Source: Trueperaceae bacterium (GTDB taxonomy: Bacteria > Deinococcota > Deinococci > Deinococcales > Trueperaceae). Taken from it: a stretch of 64,000 bases of DNA. Position numbers and translations under genes: made by a program. The stretch covers positions 1,792,001 to 1,856,000 of the forward strand of contig JAXHLW010000013.1 in NCBI GenBank assembly GCA_034521815.1. Direction: 5' to 3'. Under the pieces are notes generated by a model. It was given only the letters and a program-made list of their open reading frames with translations. It was not told the origin of the DNA and made no database searches. This document shows, piece after piece, positions 63,511 through 64,000 of the stretch (its first letter is position 1; every line of letters starts with the position of its first letter).

Positions 63511-64000
63511 TCAGGACCCCCAGGGCCGAACGACGATCTGACCGTCGCGCAGGTGCGCGATCTCCGCGCCCGGCGGACGGTCGTCGCTGCCCTCGGCCTG
63601 CGCCAGCGCCGAGCCGATCCGCAGCTGCGGACTGCGGATCCGCTGCGCCCAGATCACGGCCTTGTCGTTCCCGCCCGCCCCGGCGTGCGCCAATCCGCGC
63701 AGCGTGCCGATCACGATGATGTCGTCGTTGGCGAGGATCTCGGCGCCCGCGTTCACGTCGCCCAGGATCACGACCGAGCCGCTGGACTCGATGCGTCCGC
63801 CGGAGCGCACCGTCCGGGCCAGGATCACGGTCTCGCCCCGGGCCTGCGTGACGGCGGTGGGCGGGCGCAGGTCGGCGAACGTGCCACCCGCCTCGCGAAC
63901 GGCGTCGCGAACGGCGTCGAGGAGATCGGGCGAGAGTCGCCCCGTGACCTCCACCGACACCTTGCCCTCGAGGAGCCCGGCGTGCTGCTCGAGCGCGGCA
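63511..64000 (-). CDS. minC: Septum site-determining protein MinC (5' end outside the window)
   Basis: RTVRSG, VVILGDVNAGAEI, GTLRGLAHAG, QLRIG; frame is open to the window edge. Confidence 0.92.
   Translation of the reverse strand, partial: AALEQHAGLLEGKVSVEVTGRLSPDLLDAVRDAVREAGGTFADLRPPTAVTQARGETVILARTVRSGGRIESSGSVVILGDVNAGAEILANDDIIVIGTLRGLAHAGAGGNDKAVIWAQRIRSPQLRIGSALAQAEGSDDRPPGAEIAHLRDGQIVVRPWGS

Overview
Very GC-rich bacterial chromosomal segment, most likely Deinococcota (Trueperaceae-like). This is inferred from the Thermus/Deinococcus-type Nuo, branched-chain 2-oxoacid dehydrogenase, TruB and PurA proteins and from pervasive leaderless -10 promoters. Content is mostly housekeeping: truB, ald, ruvA, natAB-like ABC, amn, an aspC-type aminotransferase, ndk, a full nuoA-N operon, ppdK, bkd E1a/E1b/E2, citrate synthase, purA, tyrA and minC. 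There are two accessory or decaying patches. (i) 13.5-18.9 kb: two secreted proteins divergent from a SARP/BTAD-NB-ARC regulator that is cut after Walker A and joined tail-to-tail to a 24-codon AbiEii toxin stub, plus an intact orphan AbiEi antitoxin with its operator palindrome and a deleted tautomerase relic. (ii) 54.9-60.8 kb: IS4-family relics around a heavily frameshifted peptide ABC transporter and serine hydrolase cluster. The best candidates for new biology are an unannotated 51-aa two-TM protein translationally coupled inside the nuo operon, a NuoG that has lost all four N7 cysteines, and a catalytically dead alpha-hydroxy-acid-oxidase homologue coupled to ruvA. I found no rRNA, tRNA or CRISPR array and cannot support a large novel multi-gene system from this window. 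Several single-base frameshifts probably reflect long-read indel errors. All family assignments are by motif recognition only; no searches were run.
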